Of a DNA stretch of 64,000 bases, positions 45,687-55,497 are shown piece after piece (position 1 is the first letter of the stretch; every line of letters starts with the position of its first letter). The stretch lies in the NCBI GenBank assembly GCA_963765495.1, contig CAVXWP010000005.1:96001-160000 (forward strand), written 5' to 3'. This stretch comes from Blastocatellia bacterium. Its GTDB lineage: Bacteria > Acidobacteriota > Blastocatellia > UBA7656. The notes beneath the pieces were generated by a model that saw only the letters and a list, made by a program, of their open reading frames with translations, did no database searches and was not told the DNA's origin. Both the position numbers and the translations under genes were made by a program.

Positions 45687-47183
45687 TCAAGCTCTCTCTA
45701 GCGAGGCAGGGCGAAAACGATCCGTCAATCGCTTTATTCCCCTCCAGGCAAGCGCGCCCAGAAGCACCCAGACAACCGCCGCAAAGACGAATAAGAAGTA
45801 TTGCATCGGCAGCGTGTATCGAAACTCCGTATGCATGAAAGACTGAAAGATAAAGTAATAAAGCGGCACGGCGAAAAGAAAAAGGGCCCTGCGCCACGCG
45901 GCCAAAAACATGATCACGACTCCGATCATCACGAAGACTCGCATGGCCTCTTTCGTCACCCGTTGTAGCGGGCGTATGACCGCTCGCATCCAGCCGAGTT
46001 TCAAAGCAAAGGCCGGAACCGAACTGTCGGCAGCCACGGATTCCCACTGCGGTTTGACAGGCTCTACGGGCTGAAGCGACCCCGTCTGCGATTGTTTGTA
46101 AACAAGCGGCGCGTGAGCCGTGTATTTGACCATCTCGTTACACCTGTCAAGCATCACTCCCGCGTACCAGAATGGATGGCGCACGATTATGGCAAGGCTC
46201 TTTTTGACTCTATCGCGGTCGCGCATTATCCCGTCGGGCATAGACCACATTCCCGCATAATGCGGGTTGTTATAAATGATCGCCTCCTGCCGGGCTACCT
46301 CGTCGTCATAGGCAACTGCGCCGAAGCGGTCGCCGCTTGCATCGGCTATGCCTTCCCACAGCACGATGCCTGCGCCGATGTTTATCGGTACGAATTCGCC
46401 ATAAACTATATAGTTCTTGATAGTGATCGGAGCTATGACAAGAAAAGAGACCAGCGCCATAACGGCTCCGCGCTTCAAGACCGACATCCGGCGGATCGAA
46501 ATGACCACGAGGATGAGGATAAGAAAAGGCCCGATCAGCATGAGCTGGGACCTGAGCCACGCGGCGAGTCCGATCATCACTCCGGCCAGAATGTAAAGCC
46601 AGAAGGAATTGCGACCGCTCGGACGCAAAAGCACCACGACATAGACGGCCGCAAGCAGGGGAAGCGCCGCAACAGAATCGGGCAGTATGAAATTCGAGAT
46701 GTGCGAAAGCTGATGCGAAACGGCCGAAAGGAGACCCGATACGACGCCTACGCGCCAGCTTAAGAGCGAACCGGCAATCAGAAATATCAGAATCGGAGAA
46801 AGAGAATTCACTCCGTTTTGTATCACCTGAACTCGAAAAAAGTCTATGCCTGTGATCGAATAGATTCCGCTAAGAAAGACGGAATATCCCGGCGCTTGCG
46901 CAAGCCACCCGGTCCGGGACGGTTTTATATCGTAAGGACCGAGCAGCCCTTCGCCTTTCAGTATCGATACGGCGCGCGCGTGATAACCATCCGTGAGTCC
47001 CCCGAACGGTTGCTGATTAGTGTACATCACACTTGCGAGGTCTACGGCTTGAAGCGATTTCGTCACATAAGAGATGCCGAAGATCAACAGGGCAAACACG
47101 AGCTTTGTCCTGAGCGGCATCTGTTTTCCGGTAGCCAGATATGATGCGATCCATCGGCGAAAAGCAAAAAGTTTTAGATTCAA
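45687..47183 (-). CDS. Polytopic membrane GT-C-type (ArnT/PMT-like) glycosyltransferase
   Basis: APGY..FL, many TMs, IKNYIVYGEF, EFRYTLP. The start may be 47120. Confidence 0.65.
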   Translation of the reverse strand: MNLKLFAFRRWIASYLATGKQMPLRTKLVFALLIFGISYVTKSLQAVDLASVMYTNQQPFGGLTDGYHARAVSILKGEGLLGPYDIKPSRTGWLAQAPGYSVFLSGIYSITGIDFFRVQVIQNGVNSLSPILIFLIAGSLLSWRVGVVSGLLSAVSHQLSHISNFILPDSVAALPLLAAVYVVVLLRPSGRNSFWLYILAGVMIGLAAWLRSQLMLIGPFLILILVVISIRRMSVLKRGAVMALVSFLVIAPITIKNYIVYGEFVPINIGAGIVLWEGIADASGDRFGAVAYDDEVARQEAIIYNNPHYAGMWSMPDGIMRDRDRVKKSLAIIVRHPFWYAGVMLDRCNEMVKYTAHAPLVYKQSQTGSLQPVEPVKPQWESVAADSSVPAFALKLGWMRAVIRPLQRVTKEAMRVFVMIGVVIMFLAAWRRALFLFAVPLYYFIFQSFMHTEFRYTLPMQYFLFVFAAVVWVLLGALAWRGIKRLTDRFRPASLERA

Positions 47184-47512
47184 TACTGACTTTCCTCGCG
47201 TCGCGCCATGCGTGACGAGCTTCGGATTTTTTGACAGGGTCTTTTACTCCTCACGCATCAACGCATTGAGTTGGTGAGTGAGGATGATAAAGCGGAACAG
47301 ACGCTACAGGCAAGCAAGCCTTTCCGCGTTTTTCTGGAAGGCGCGCCCCATTTACCATATATATCAGTCGTGGCTGAGGTTGGTTCAGCCGGTGAAAATC
47401 CTGGGTTTCTTTCTTCGATTTTTTTGCCTTTGATCGGCGCTCGCGCGGAATCGCTCACCGGGGCGAATTCAAATCGCGAGCGCCATTTTGCATTTCAGCG
47501 AGGTTTTTAAGG

Positions 47513-48916
47513 ATGCGAATTTACAAACTTCTGGCTCTCACGGTGATGATGTTTCTAAGCTGTGCGATTCTGTTTGCGCCGAAAGGCTCGGCCGCCCGAA
47601 GCGCGACCGCTACGGCCTTTGATCAACTCGATGATGATCTGTCAGCCGCGTTGACCGAGGCCGGATTTACCGGAAACATCGAGGCGACGCTTGAACAGAG
47701 GCTTGGCCGTCCCATAAATCAGAAACGCGCCGAGCTTGGCCGACTCTTGTTTTTCGATCCCGTATTGAGTCTGCATCAGGATAGTAGTTGCGCCAGTTGT
47801 CACTCTCCCACCACAGGTTTCGGCGATACGCAGGCAATCGCCATCGGCATAAACAATAACGGCTTTGTGGGACCAGACCGGGGCGGCCCGCGTAATCAGC
47901 GCCGCGCCCCCACAGTCATCAATGCCGCCTTCTACCCAAATTTGATGTGGAACTCGCGCTTTGTCGCGCTCTCAGGCGACCCGTTCGACAACAGTAACGG
48001 ATTTAGCTTTCCCGAGCCGGAAGGGCGCAGCCTTTCGCGTCTGCCGCATCTGCTGGCCGCTCAGGCATTCATCCCGCCTACGGTCGCGGTCGAGATGACC
48101 GGGTTTGATTTTCAGGGAGACAGTTTCGCCGTTCGAGACGAGGTCTTAAGGCGCGTCACCGCAATCAAGAAGTACAGGAAACTTTTCAAGAAAGCCTTTC
48201 CCGAAGTGAAACGCGGCGCTCCCGTTACCTACGATATGATCGGAGAGGCGATTGCCGAATTCGAATTTACGCTTGTATTTGCAAACGCGCCGCTAGACAG
48301 GTTTGCGCGCGGAGAGACAACCGCGATGACTGAAAAACAGAAAAGAGGCGCGCTGTTGTTTTTCGGCAAAGCACAATGCATAACGTGTCACGCGGTTTCG
48401 GGCCAATCAAACGAGATGTTCAGCGACTTCACTCCGCGAGTGGTCGGTGTCCCGCAGATCGTGCCTATGGTGAGCAATGTGAAATTTGACGGTCCCGGCA
48501 TGGATGAAGACTTTGGATTAGAGCAGGTCACGGGTGACGCGGCAGACCGCTACAAGTTTCGCACAGCGCCCTTGAGAAACCTGTCGGTGCAGTCGGCCTT
48601 TTTTCACAACGGCGTTTTCAGTTCGCTCTATGACACGATACAGCACTATCGCCACGTTTTTGAGTCCGCGCGAAGCTTTGAAGGCGCAAGAAGAGAGACG
48701 TTTTTCGCGGGTCCGATAGAACCTGTCCTTGAGCGAGTTCCCGATATTCTAAATCCGGGGATACAGATAAACGACGAAGAATTTGAAGAAGTATTGGAGT
48801 TCGTCCGCAACGGATTGCTCGACCCGCGCGCGCGGCCCGAGAACCTGCGCAGCCTGATACCCGATTCGGTCCCGAGCGGATTGCCACTGCCTGTATTCGA
48901 GCAACCGAATTTTTGA
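47513..48916 (+). CDS. Di-heme cytochrome c peroxidase/MauG-superfamily protein
   Basis: LGRLLFFD, SCASCH, CITCH, FRTAPLRN, FFHNG; signal peptide. Confidence 0.9.
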   Translation: MRIYKLLALTVMMFLSCAILFAPKGSAARSATATAFDQLDDDLSAALTEAGFTGNIEATLEQRLGRPINQKRAELGRLLFFDPVLSLHQDSSCASCHSPTTGFGDTQAIAIGINNNGFVGPDRGGPRNQRRAPTVINAAFYPNLMWNSRFVALSGDPFDNSNGFSFPEPEGRSLSRLPHLLAAQAFIPPTVAVEMTGFDFQGDSFAVRDEVLRRVTAIKKYRKLFKKAFPEVKRGAPVTYDMIGEAIAEFEFTLVFANAPLDRFARGETTAMTEKQKRGALLFFGKAQCITCHAVSGQSNEMFSDFTPRVVGVPQIVPMVSNVKFDGPGMDEDFGLEQVTGDAADRYKFRTAPLRNLSVQSAFFHNGVFSSLYDTIQHYRHVFESARSFEGARRETFFAGPIEPVLERVPDILNPGIQINDEEFEEVLEFVRNGLLDPRARPENLRSLIPDSVPSGLPLPVFEQPNF

Positions 48917-48979
48917 CAGGATTAACGGGATTTTGATGGATTGAACAAGATTTCTTTCAATCCTGTTAATCCTGTCAAA
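48912..48979. repeat. Periodic palindrome, ACAGGATT family, between convergent genes
   Basis: 21-nt arms tttgacaggattaacgggatt and aatcctgttaatcctgtcaaa with one mismatch; includes the peroxidase TGA. Confidence 0.9.
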
Positions 48980-48987
48980 GTCTTTAT

Positions 48988-49545
48988 TCAGGCGCTCTTG
49001 ACCAGCGCGTTTTGCGGGCGGGCAAAGACGCGATCAATCATCGGCTCAAAGTGCGAGAGCGGCAACGTGTCGTATTCGGGATCAAACGACGCCTGATCCC
49101 ATTCGTCTGTAAATTTCGTAGCCATCTCATACCACGGCTGGTCGGCGTATTGCCTGCGCGCATCGGGGTCTTTTCCCATCAATGCATAATAATGCCGCCC
49201 CTGAAAATCCTGGTGCGTTCGAACTACCTCGTAAGTCTCCGTTGAAACATACGGCTTGAGAATCTCGGCGGCAATCGCCGGATGGTTTTCGACCGAGATG
49301 ACTTTGCCTATGTCGTGACACAGAGCGGCAACGATCATCTCTTCCGACGCCCCTTCGCACAGAGCGCGTGTAGCGGTTTGCAGGGCGTGCTGAAGCTGGT
49401 TTATAGCGAAGCCGTCTACCTGTTGCTCGAGTTGCCGGAGCATGGATTTGATCATAGCGGGCTGTCGGGATTGACGCTCGCCGACAGCTTTAGCTATTAC
49501 CATCCAATCTTCTACCAGTCCTTGATCCATTCTTGTGAAAGCCAT
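48988..49545 (-). CDS. HD-domain protein (PhnZ/TmpB-like)
   Basis: QHALQTA, LCHDIGK, NH, TH, WD; SD AAGGAG before ATG 49545. Confidence 0.8.
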   Translation of the reverse strand: MAFTRMDQGLVEDWMVIAKAVGERQSRQPAMIKSMLRQLEQQVDGFAINQLQHALQTATRALCEGASEEMIVAALCHDIGKVISVENHPAIAAEILKPYVSTETYEVVRTHQDFQGRHYYALMGKDPDARRQYADQPWYEMATKFTDEWDQASFDPEYDTLPLSHFEPMIDRVFARPQNALVKSA

Positions 49546-49568
49546 GATACTCTCCTTAAATACATAAA

Positions 49569-51260
49569 TCAGATTTCGATCCCGCCGAGACGTCCGCCCG
49601 ATTTCGGCTGAGGCTTGACCAAAAGCGCGCCGCTTTCTGCGCGCCTCGATCTTTCGCGCTCCGAATGCCATCTGGCCCATTCGTCCGGCGCGTCAATCGT
49701 TTCGCCTCCGTGACGTGTCAGCCGTTTTCGAACCTGGCACATCACGGGAGTGTTTATGGCTACGCCCGATACTATCACCTGCCCCTTGGTGAGCGCGGGC
49801 AACTCGTCGAGCATGCGACGGCCCGCGCCTTCGACCGTCTTTGCGATGGTATCCTGATCTATCGGATTTACTATTCGCATTATGAATTGCGTCATGCACT
49901 GCGAAAGCACATCGGAGTCGAGTTTGCCCGGTCTTTGCGTGATCAGCCCTATGCCCAATCCGAACTTGCGCCCTTCGGACAGAATCTGTTTCAACACATT
50001 GGTAGAGACTACGGTTTGACCGGCGGGCGCAAACCTATGCGCCTCTTCGAGAAGAACGAAAACCGGATAAGGCAGATAACGCTCGTCCGAAGAGCTTGTC
50101 ACATCGCCTTTGTGTGTGGCCATGCGCGCAAGAATCGCGCGGCGCAGCAGTGTGCCTACGATGACCTGCTGTTCGTTCTGGTCGATGTCTACGAGTTGAA
50201 GTACGGTGCACTGACCCGGACGGAAAAGCTCTTCAAGCGCGTTGTGCTCGTGATCGGAAAAAATCTGGTGCTTGCTGTAGCCTCGGAAGCGATTGTTCAA
50301 CCTCCATTCGAGCGCGTCTATCGTAGCCACATTGCCGCCCGAGCGGTCGCTCTTTTCGTCTCCGTATCGCTGTTCGGCCACCGCATCCATCAAATCCTGA
50401 ATGGCGTAATGCCCGTGCTTGCCCGCGCTTGAGCGAACCTGGCGAAACGCTTCGCCAAGCGAGTATTTCATCTTCTCTGAAATGTCCTGGAGCAGATAAC
50501 AGATGTCGGCAAATTCAAGGGAATCAAATCTGACCTTGACGCGTTCGGGCCGCAGAATCTTTACTTCGGGTTCATACCCCCGGGCGCAGAAGTAGTCTTT
50601 GAATTGCGGTTGTTTGATCTCTTGCAAGGTGTCGTATTCGCCGTGCGGGTCTACGACGAGCACGGCCGAGCGATTCTCAGGCTTCATCAACTCTTCTACA
50701 AGGACCGAGGCCGTATAGCTTTTTCCCGCGCCGGTCGAGGCGAGAACCGCAAGGTGTGTCGAGGCTATATCTTTGACCGAAAGGACCACGGGCACTTCTC
50801 CCGCCTGCCGGGTGAGCAGGCTGCCGATGTGGGCCGCGCCCTGCTCGCCTCGCTGTTTAGGAGAGAGCACTCCGGCAAGCATATCTGAGGGCGCGAGGTA
50901 GACGATCTGCCCGGGCGTGGGCGGTATGCGCGGGTTCACGAAATCAGAAAGCTCATCATCAAAATAGCCGATCACGGAAACCAGTATCTCGAAAAGCTCA
51001 AGCCGCTGCTCTTCAAGCCCTATCATGCGGGCGATGGAAGCGGGCGGTATCGAGGGGTCTGCCAGGAAACTTTCGGGCAGAGAACGTATGAGATTCCGTT
51101 CGGTGATATTGCCAATTATCCGGTGCTCGGCGCGCGCGTTCGCCACGTGGTAATAGATGAACTCGCCGACGCGCGTGTGTTCGTTATCGGTCGTGATAAA
51201 GACAAACTCGTTCGGTTTCTCACCCGGACCCTTGACTGTGCCTACCAGTGTGTCGGACAT
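49569..51260 (-). CDS. herA: HerA-type ATPase (N-terminal HAS-barrel-like region plus DUF87)
   Basis: HLAVLASTGAGKS, VDPHGEY, LLEEAHRF, EGRKFG, ITQRP, LPALTKGQ. Confidence 0.88.
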   Translation of the reverse strand: MSDTLVGTVKGPGEKPNEFVFITTDNEHTRVGEFIYYHVANARAEHRIIGNITERNLIRSLPESFLADPSIPPASIARMIGLEEQRLELFEILVSVIGYFDDELSDFVNPRIPPTPGQIVYLAPSDMLAGVLSPKQRGEQGAAHIGSLLTRQAGEVPVVLSVKDIASTHLAVLASTGAGKSYTASVLVEELMKPENRSAVLVVDPHGEYDTLQEIKQPQFKDYFCARGYEPEVKILRPERVKVRFDSLEFADICYLLQDISEKMKYSLGEAFRQVRSSAGKHGHYAIQDLMDAVAEQRYGDEKSDRSGGNVATIDALEWRLNNRFRGYSKHQIFSDHEHNALEELFRPGQCTVLQLVDIDQNEQQVIVGTLLRRAILARMATHKGDVTSSSDERYLPYPVFVLLEEAHRFAPAGQTVVSTNVLKQILSEGRKFGLGIGLITQRPGKLDSDVLSQCMTQFIMRIVNPIDQDTIAKTVEGAGRRMLDELPALTKGQVIVSGVAINTPVMCQVRKRLTRHGGETIDAPDEWARWHSERERSRRAESGALLVKPQPKSGGRLGGIEI

Positions 51261-51360
51261 TAACTTTGCCTTTGAATTTGTACCTGCCGGAACGCCGTAA
51301 GCTTCGGATTCCTACGGCGCTCACTATAGCATAGTGACAGCCGAAGGGTGTAGTTCACAG

Positions 51361-52662
51361 ATGATGACGGAATTATTAATCACAGGCGCAAACCAGATTA
51401 TCACGCTCGCAGGCCCGGCGCGGGCTCGCACAGGCCGCGAGATGCGCGAGCTTGCGATTATAGACGGGGGCGCGGTATTTGTGCGCGACGGGCTCATAAT
51501 CGCCGCCGGGCCGTCGCAGAAAATCGAATCGCAGGCCGGCCCCGCCTCAGTGCGCATAAACGCGGAGGGGCGCGTGGTGATGCCCGGGTTTATAGACGCG
51601 CACACGCATCCGGTCTTTGCCGGGACGCGAGAAGACGAATACGAAATGCGCGCCGAAGGATTCACCTATCAAGAGATCGCAGAAAGGGGCGGCGGTATCA
51701 GGTCTACGGTCAGGAAGACCCGCGCGGCAAGCGCGGAAGAGTTGTTTGAGTCGGCCTTGCCGCGCATCAGATGGATGCTCGAACACGGCACGACGACCAT
51801 AGAAGCCAAGAGCGGATACGGATTGACGCTCGAAGACGAATTAAAAATCCTCCGCGTCATCCGAAGGCTCGACCGCGAAACCCCGCTCGAACTTGTCCCC
51901 ACCTTTCTGGGCGCGCACGAAATCCCGGACGAGTATAGATGCGCCAGAGGCACAGGTCCGGCGCGCGAAGATTACATCCGTCTGGTTGTGGACGAAATGC
52001 TGCCGCGAGTGGCAAAAGAAGGGCTGGCCGAATACGCCGACATCTTTTGCGAGTCGCACGTTTTCACCGTGGACGAATCGCGCCGCGTGCTCGAACGCGC
52101 GAAAGAGCTTGGACTGGGCATCAGGTTTCACGCAGACCAGTTGACCCTGTGCGGAGGCGGCAGGCTTGCGGCAGAGCTTGAGGCTGTGTCTGCCGATCAT
52201 CTGGAATGTATAGACGAAGGTGGAATAGAAGCGCTTTGCCGGGCTGGTGTACTGGCGGTGCTGCTGCCGGGCGCGGTCTTCAATCTGGGGCTTGCGCGTT
52301 ATGCGCCCGCTCGACAGATGATCGAATCTGGTCTCGGCGTGGTGCTTGCGACCGATTTCAATCCCGGCAGTTCGCCTACTCCTTCCATGCAGATGATACT
52401 TTCAATCGCCTGCGCGCAGATGCGCATGACTCCTGCCGAGGCGGTGACTGCCGCAACCATCAACGCGGCTTACAGCCTGAGTCGCGGCGACCGCCTCGGC
52501 TCGATTGAAGCGGGCAAACAGGCCGATCTCGTAGTTTATGATTGCCCGGATTACCGACAGATACCTTATCTGTTCGGCATCAATCACGTCTCAACCGTGA
52601 TCAAAACGGGAAAGATCGTGATAGACAGACGCAGTGGCGCAAGCGTATCGGCAGGCGAATGA
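51361..52662 (+). CDS. hutI: Imidazolonepropionase
   Basis: IDAHTH, EAKSGYGL, FLGAH, FHADQL, SADHLE, ATDFNPG. Confidence 0.95.
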   Translation: MMTELLITGANQIITLAGPARARTGREMRELAIIDGGAVFVRDGLIIAAGPSQKIESQAGPASVRINAEGRVVMPGFIDAHTHPVFAGTREDEYEMRAEGFTYQEIAERGGGIRSTVRKTRAASAEELFESALPRIRWMLEHGTTTIEAKSGYGLTLEDELKILRVIRRLDRETPLELVPTFLGAHEIPDEYRCARGTGPAREDYIRLVVDEMLPRVAKEGLAEYADIFCESHVFTVDESRRVLERAKELGLGIRFHADQLTLCGGGRLAAELEAVSADHLECIDEGGIEALCRAGVLAVLLPGAVFNLGLARYAPARQMIESGLGVVLATDFNPGSSPTPSMQMILSIACAQMRMTPAEAVTAATINAAYSLSRGDRLGSIEAGKQADLVVYDCPDYRQIPYLFGINHVSTVIKTGKIVIDRRSGASVSAGE

Positions 52663-52728
52663 CCGGGTTGTAGATAATCAATTTGTACAGGGCGCTTCAC
52701 ATCATTACATTATCTGAGGAGGGTTGAG

Positions 52729-53700
52729 ATGAATTATCGACGATTCGGACGCAGGGGATGGATGGTCAGCGAAATGGGGTACGGGATGTGGGGCATGGGC
52801 GGGTGGACCGGCTCGGATGATGAGGAGTCGCTTCGGGCTTTACAGCGCGGGGTGGATCTCGGCTGCAATTTCTTTGACACCGCGTGGGCTTACGGCGAGG
52901 GACACAGCGAAGGCTTGCTCGGCCAGCTTGTAAGAGACAATCCTGATAGCAGGCTTTATACGGCTACGAAAATACCGCCAAAGAATCGCAAGTGGCCTTC
53001 GCGGCGCGAGCATTCGCTCGACGATTGTTATCCGCCCGATCATATCGAAGAGTATGTTCACCGGAGCCTTGAAAATTCCGGCCTTGAAAGCTTTGACCTT
53101 GTGCAGTTTCATACCTGGGAAGACCAATGGGTCGAAGATGACCGGTGGTTTAAGAAGATGGATGATTTGCGCGGGCAGAAACTTCTTCACGCAATCGGCA
53201 TCAGCATAAACCGATGGGAGCCGTGGAACGGAGTGGGAGCGGTCAAGAGCAATCTGATTGACGCGGTTCAGGTGATCTACAACATATTCGATCAAAATCC
53301 CGAAGACGAATTGTTCCCGGCCTGCCGCGAAGCAGACGTGGCCGTGATAGCGCGCGTGCCCTTTGATGAAGGCACGCTCACGGGAAATCTGACCAGAGAG
53401 AGTAGCTGGCCCGAAGGCGACTGGCGCAATACTTATTTTGTCCCCGAAAACCTTAACGCAAGCGTAGACCGCGCCGACCGCCTCAAGCCTCTTGTGCCGC
53501 AAGGGATGACCATGCCCGAGATGGCCCTGCGCTTTATACTCAATAATCCTGTGGTCAGCACTATCATTCCGGGCATGCGCAAAATCCGACACGTCGAATC
53601 AAACATTGCCGCAAGCGATGCGGGGCCTCTGCCTGATGATCTGCGCGAGAAGCTCGGCGCACACAGATGGGACAGGAAACCTACCACGTGGTCACAATAA
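52729..53700 (+). CDS. Aldo/keto reductase
   Basis: FFDTAWAYG, TATK, QFHTW, IIPGMR. Confidence 0.92.
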   Translation: MNYRRFGRRGWMVSEMGYGMWGMGGWTGSDDEESLRALQRGVDLGCNFFDTAWAYGEGHSEGLLGQLVRDNPDSRLYTATKIPPKNRKWPSRREHSLDDCYPPDHIEEYVHRSLENSGLESFDLVQFHTWEDQWVEDDRWFKKMDDLRGQKLLHAIGISINRWEPWNGVGAVKSNLIDAVQVIYNIFDQNPEDELFPACREADVAVIARVPFDEGTLTGNLTRESSWPEGDWRNTYFVPENLNASVDRADRLKPLVPQGMTMPEMALRFILNNPVVSTIIPGMRKIRHVESNIAASDAGPLPDDLREKLGAHRWDRKPTTWSQ

Positions 53701-53760
53701 ATTTGACGGGGAGATGAAAGGGAGAAGAGAGTTAAGAAAGGGGAGGACCTGTGTTAAAGG

Positions 53761-53991
53761 TTAGTTTCGGCAACTGGCCAGACACTCTCTGAGATGTTCT
53801 TTAACTTCGCGCAGGCACTCTCTTCGTTGCGGCTCTGGAAGCTGTCGGCATCTTGATTTAGCCTGCTCGGCCTGCGCCCGGCATCGTCGGGCGCACGCTC
53901 TGTCGCGGCCTTCCTGCACCGAAGCCTGAGATGAAATGATTCCTCCCAGACAGAACAGACAGATGATCAGTATCATTTGTATTTTTCTCAT
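53761..53991 (-). CDS. Secreted 76-aa six-cysteine peptide
   Basis: SD AAGGAG 9 nt upstream; signal peptide ending SQA; C-x3-C-x10-C-x10-C-x10-C-x3-C. Confidence 0.8.
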   Translation of the reverse strand: MRKIQMILIICLFCLGGIISSQASVQEGRDRACARRCRAQAEQAKSRCRQLPEPQRRECLREVKEHLRECLASCRN

Positions 53992-54134
53992 GTCACAAAT
54001 CTCCTTTCATGGTTGTTGCGGATCGTTGATCGAACGGAGTTTTCGACCACACACCTATTTGACGCGGGAAAAAACACGATGGTCTGAATTATTTCAGACG
54101 GGCGGGACCGGGACGGGTAGCGCCCCGGTCGATT

Positions 54135-55139
54135 TCATTGAATGGTTTCGGCAGTTAAACCGGCAATTTCATAGCCACGCGGATGTTGCTGCATCCAGTC
54201 CCAGGCCGATTGGATGATCTCGCGCAAAGTGTACGCCGATGCAATCCATCCCAGTTCGATCCGCGCCATATCATTGCTCGCTACAAGCGAGGCCGCATCG
54301 CCCGACCGGCGCGGACCTATCCACATGGGGATGTCTGTGCCGGTCACCTCACAGGCGGCCTCTATCACCTCGCGCACACTAAAACCTTCGCCTCCGCAGC
54401 CCAGATTATAAATCCGATTTCGCTCTTCGAGACTGTTCAGCGCAAGAACGTACCCGCGAGCGAGGTCCGAGACATGCACATAGTCGCGTACGCAGGTTCC
54501 GTCGCGGGTGGGATAATTATCGCCGTGCACATAGATGCACGGCCTTCTTCCCAGAGCCGCCTGCAAGATTGTCGGTATCAGATGTTTTTCCGGTTCGTGC
54601 GCCTCGCCATGGCATGAGCTTGCCCCCGATACGTTGAAGCACCGCAGGATCGCATAGTGAAGGTCATAGCTTTGAGCGTGACTTTGCAGAATGCGCTCTA
54701 TGGCGAGTTTGCACTTGCCCTGAATGTTTATCGGGCTGGTCGTATCGCCTTCAACTATGATGCGTCTTTCAGGCTCTCCATAGACGGCAGCCGTTGAAGA
54801 AAATATGATTCGTTTTACTCCGGTCGCCGTCATCGCCTGCAACAACGAATTGCACGACGCAAGCATTTTCCTGTGATATTGCGCCGGTCTCAGTCTCGAC
54901 AACTCGGCAAAGCTATCGGCCAGATGTATGACGGCTTCTATGTGATAATTTTCCAGCGTGGCGCGCAGGATTTCACCGTCTATCAAATCGGCCTGGATAA
55001 AAGGCGCACCTTCGATTACTGCGCTCAGATGTCCTTCCGAAAGATTGTCATAGACGACTACCTCGTGCCCCGCGCGCATCAACTCTTCGCTCGTGACGCT
55101 CCCGATAAATCCTGCGCCTCCCGTAACCAGAATCCGCAT
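54135..55139 (-). CDS. GalE-like extended SDR with degenerate active site
   Basis: TGGAGFIG, FSSTAAVYG, DGTCVRDYVHV, RRSGD; YxxxK reads QGKCK. Confidence 0.85.
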   Translation of the reverse strand: MRILVTGGAGFIGSVTSEELMRAGHEVVVYDNLSEGHLSAVIEGAPFIQADLIDGEILRATLENYHIEAVIHLADSFAELSRLRPAQYHRKMLASCNSLLQAMTATGVKRIIFSSTAAVYGEPERRIIVEGDTTSPINIQGKCKLAIERILQSHAQSYDLHYAILRCFNVSGASSCHGEAHEPEKHLIPTILQAALGRRPCIYVHGDNYPTRDGTCVRDYVHVSDLARGYVLALNSLEERNRIYNLGCGGEGFSVREVIEAACEVTGTDIPMWIGPRRSGDAASLVASNDMARIELGWIASAYTLREIIQSAWDWMQQHPRGYEIAGLTAETIQ

Positions 55140-55180
55140 CTTTTTTTCTCCTTCCAGGGGCACTAAAGGCATTTGAAATG

Positions 55181-55197
55181 TGAGATTCGAAATCTCA
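55181..55197. repeat. Degenerate TCTCAAA-family palindrome
   Basis: tgagatt-cga-aatctca, with flanking tttgaaat. Confidence 0.5.
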
Positions 55198-55362
55198 GAT
55201 TCGGCATGCAGTTGGTCTCTGATGCCCGCGCGTCCACTCTAAGGGAGAGCATTTGAAAATGCGCTTTCGCCTGTTTGCCGTCTTGTGGGAGTAGCGGCAT
55301 CGGTCCGATTACACGGTATTGGACCTGTGATGACAGGCGCGCAACTCCTCGGGTAAAAATAG

Positions 55363-55378
55363 TGCAAAACCTGTGCCT
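55363..55378 (-). promoter_or_regulatory. Sigma54 -24/-12 promoter
   Basis: Minus strand AGGCACAGGTTTTGCA (GGCAC-N5-TTGC), about 220 nt upstream of the GalE-like gene. Confidence 0.55.
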
Positions 55379-55497
55379 ATAGCCTCAAGCATCGAGGAGC
55401 CGCGTCTAAAACGATATTGGCCGGGAGGCTGGGTTATTTCGGCGGGCTGATGGGACAAAGTTGGTTTAAGCCGGGCGATCACGCGCAGGCATTATTT

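Noticed and set aside
40653-49545. Phosphonate pathway (Pat-like GNAT plus PhnZ-like HD)
   Set aside because: The genes are 8 kb apart on different units, with no phnY, pepM or C-P lyase genes.
49546-49680. Extension of the HD ORF into herA
   Set aside because: A strong SD precedes ATG 49545, and the extension overlaps herA in another frame.
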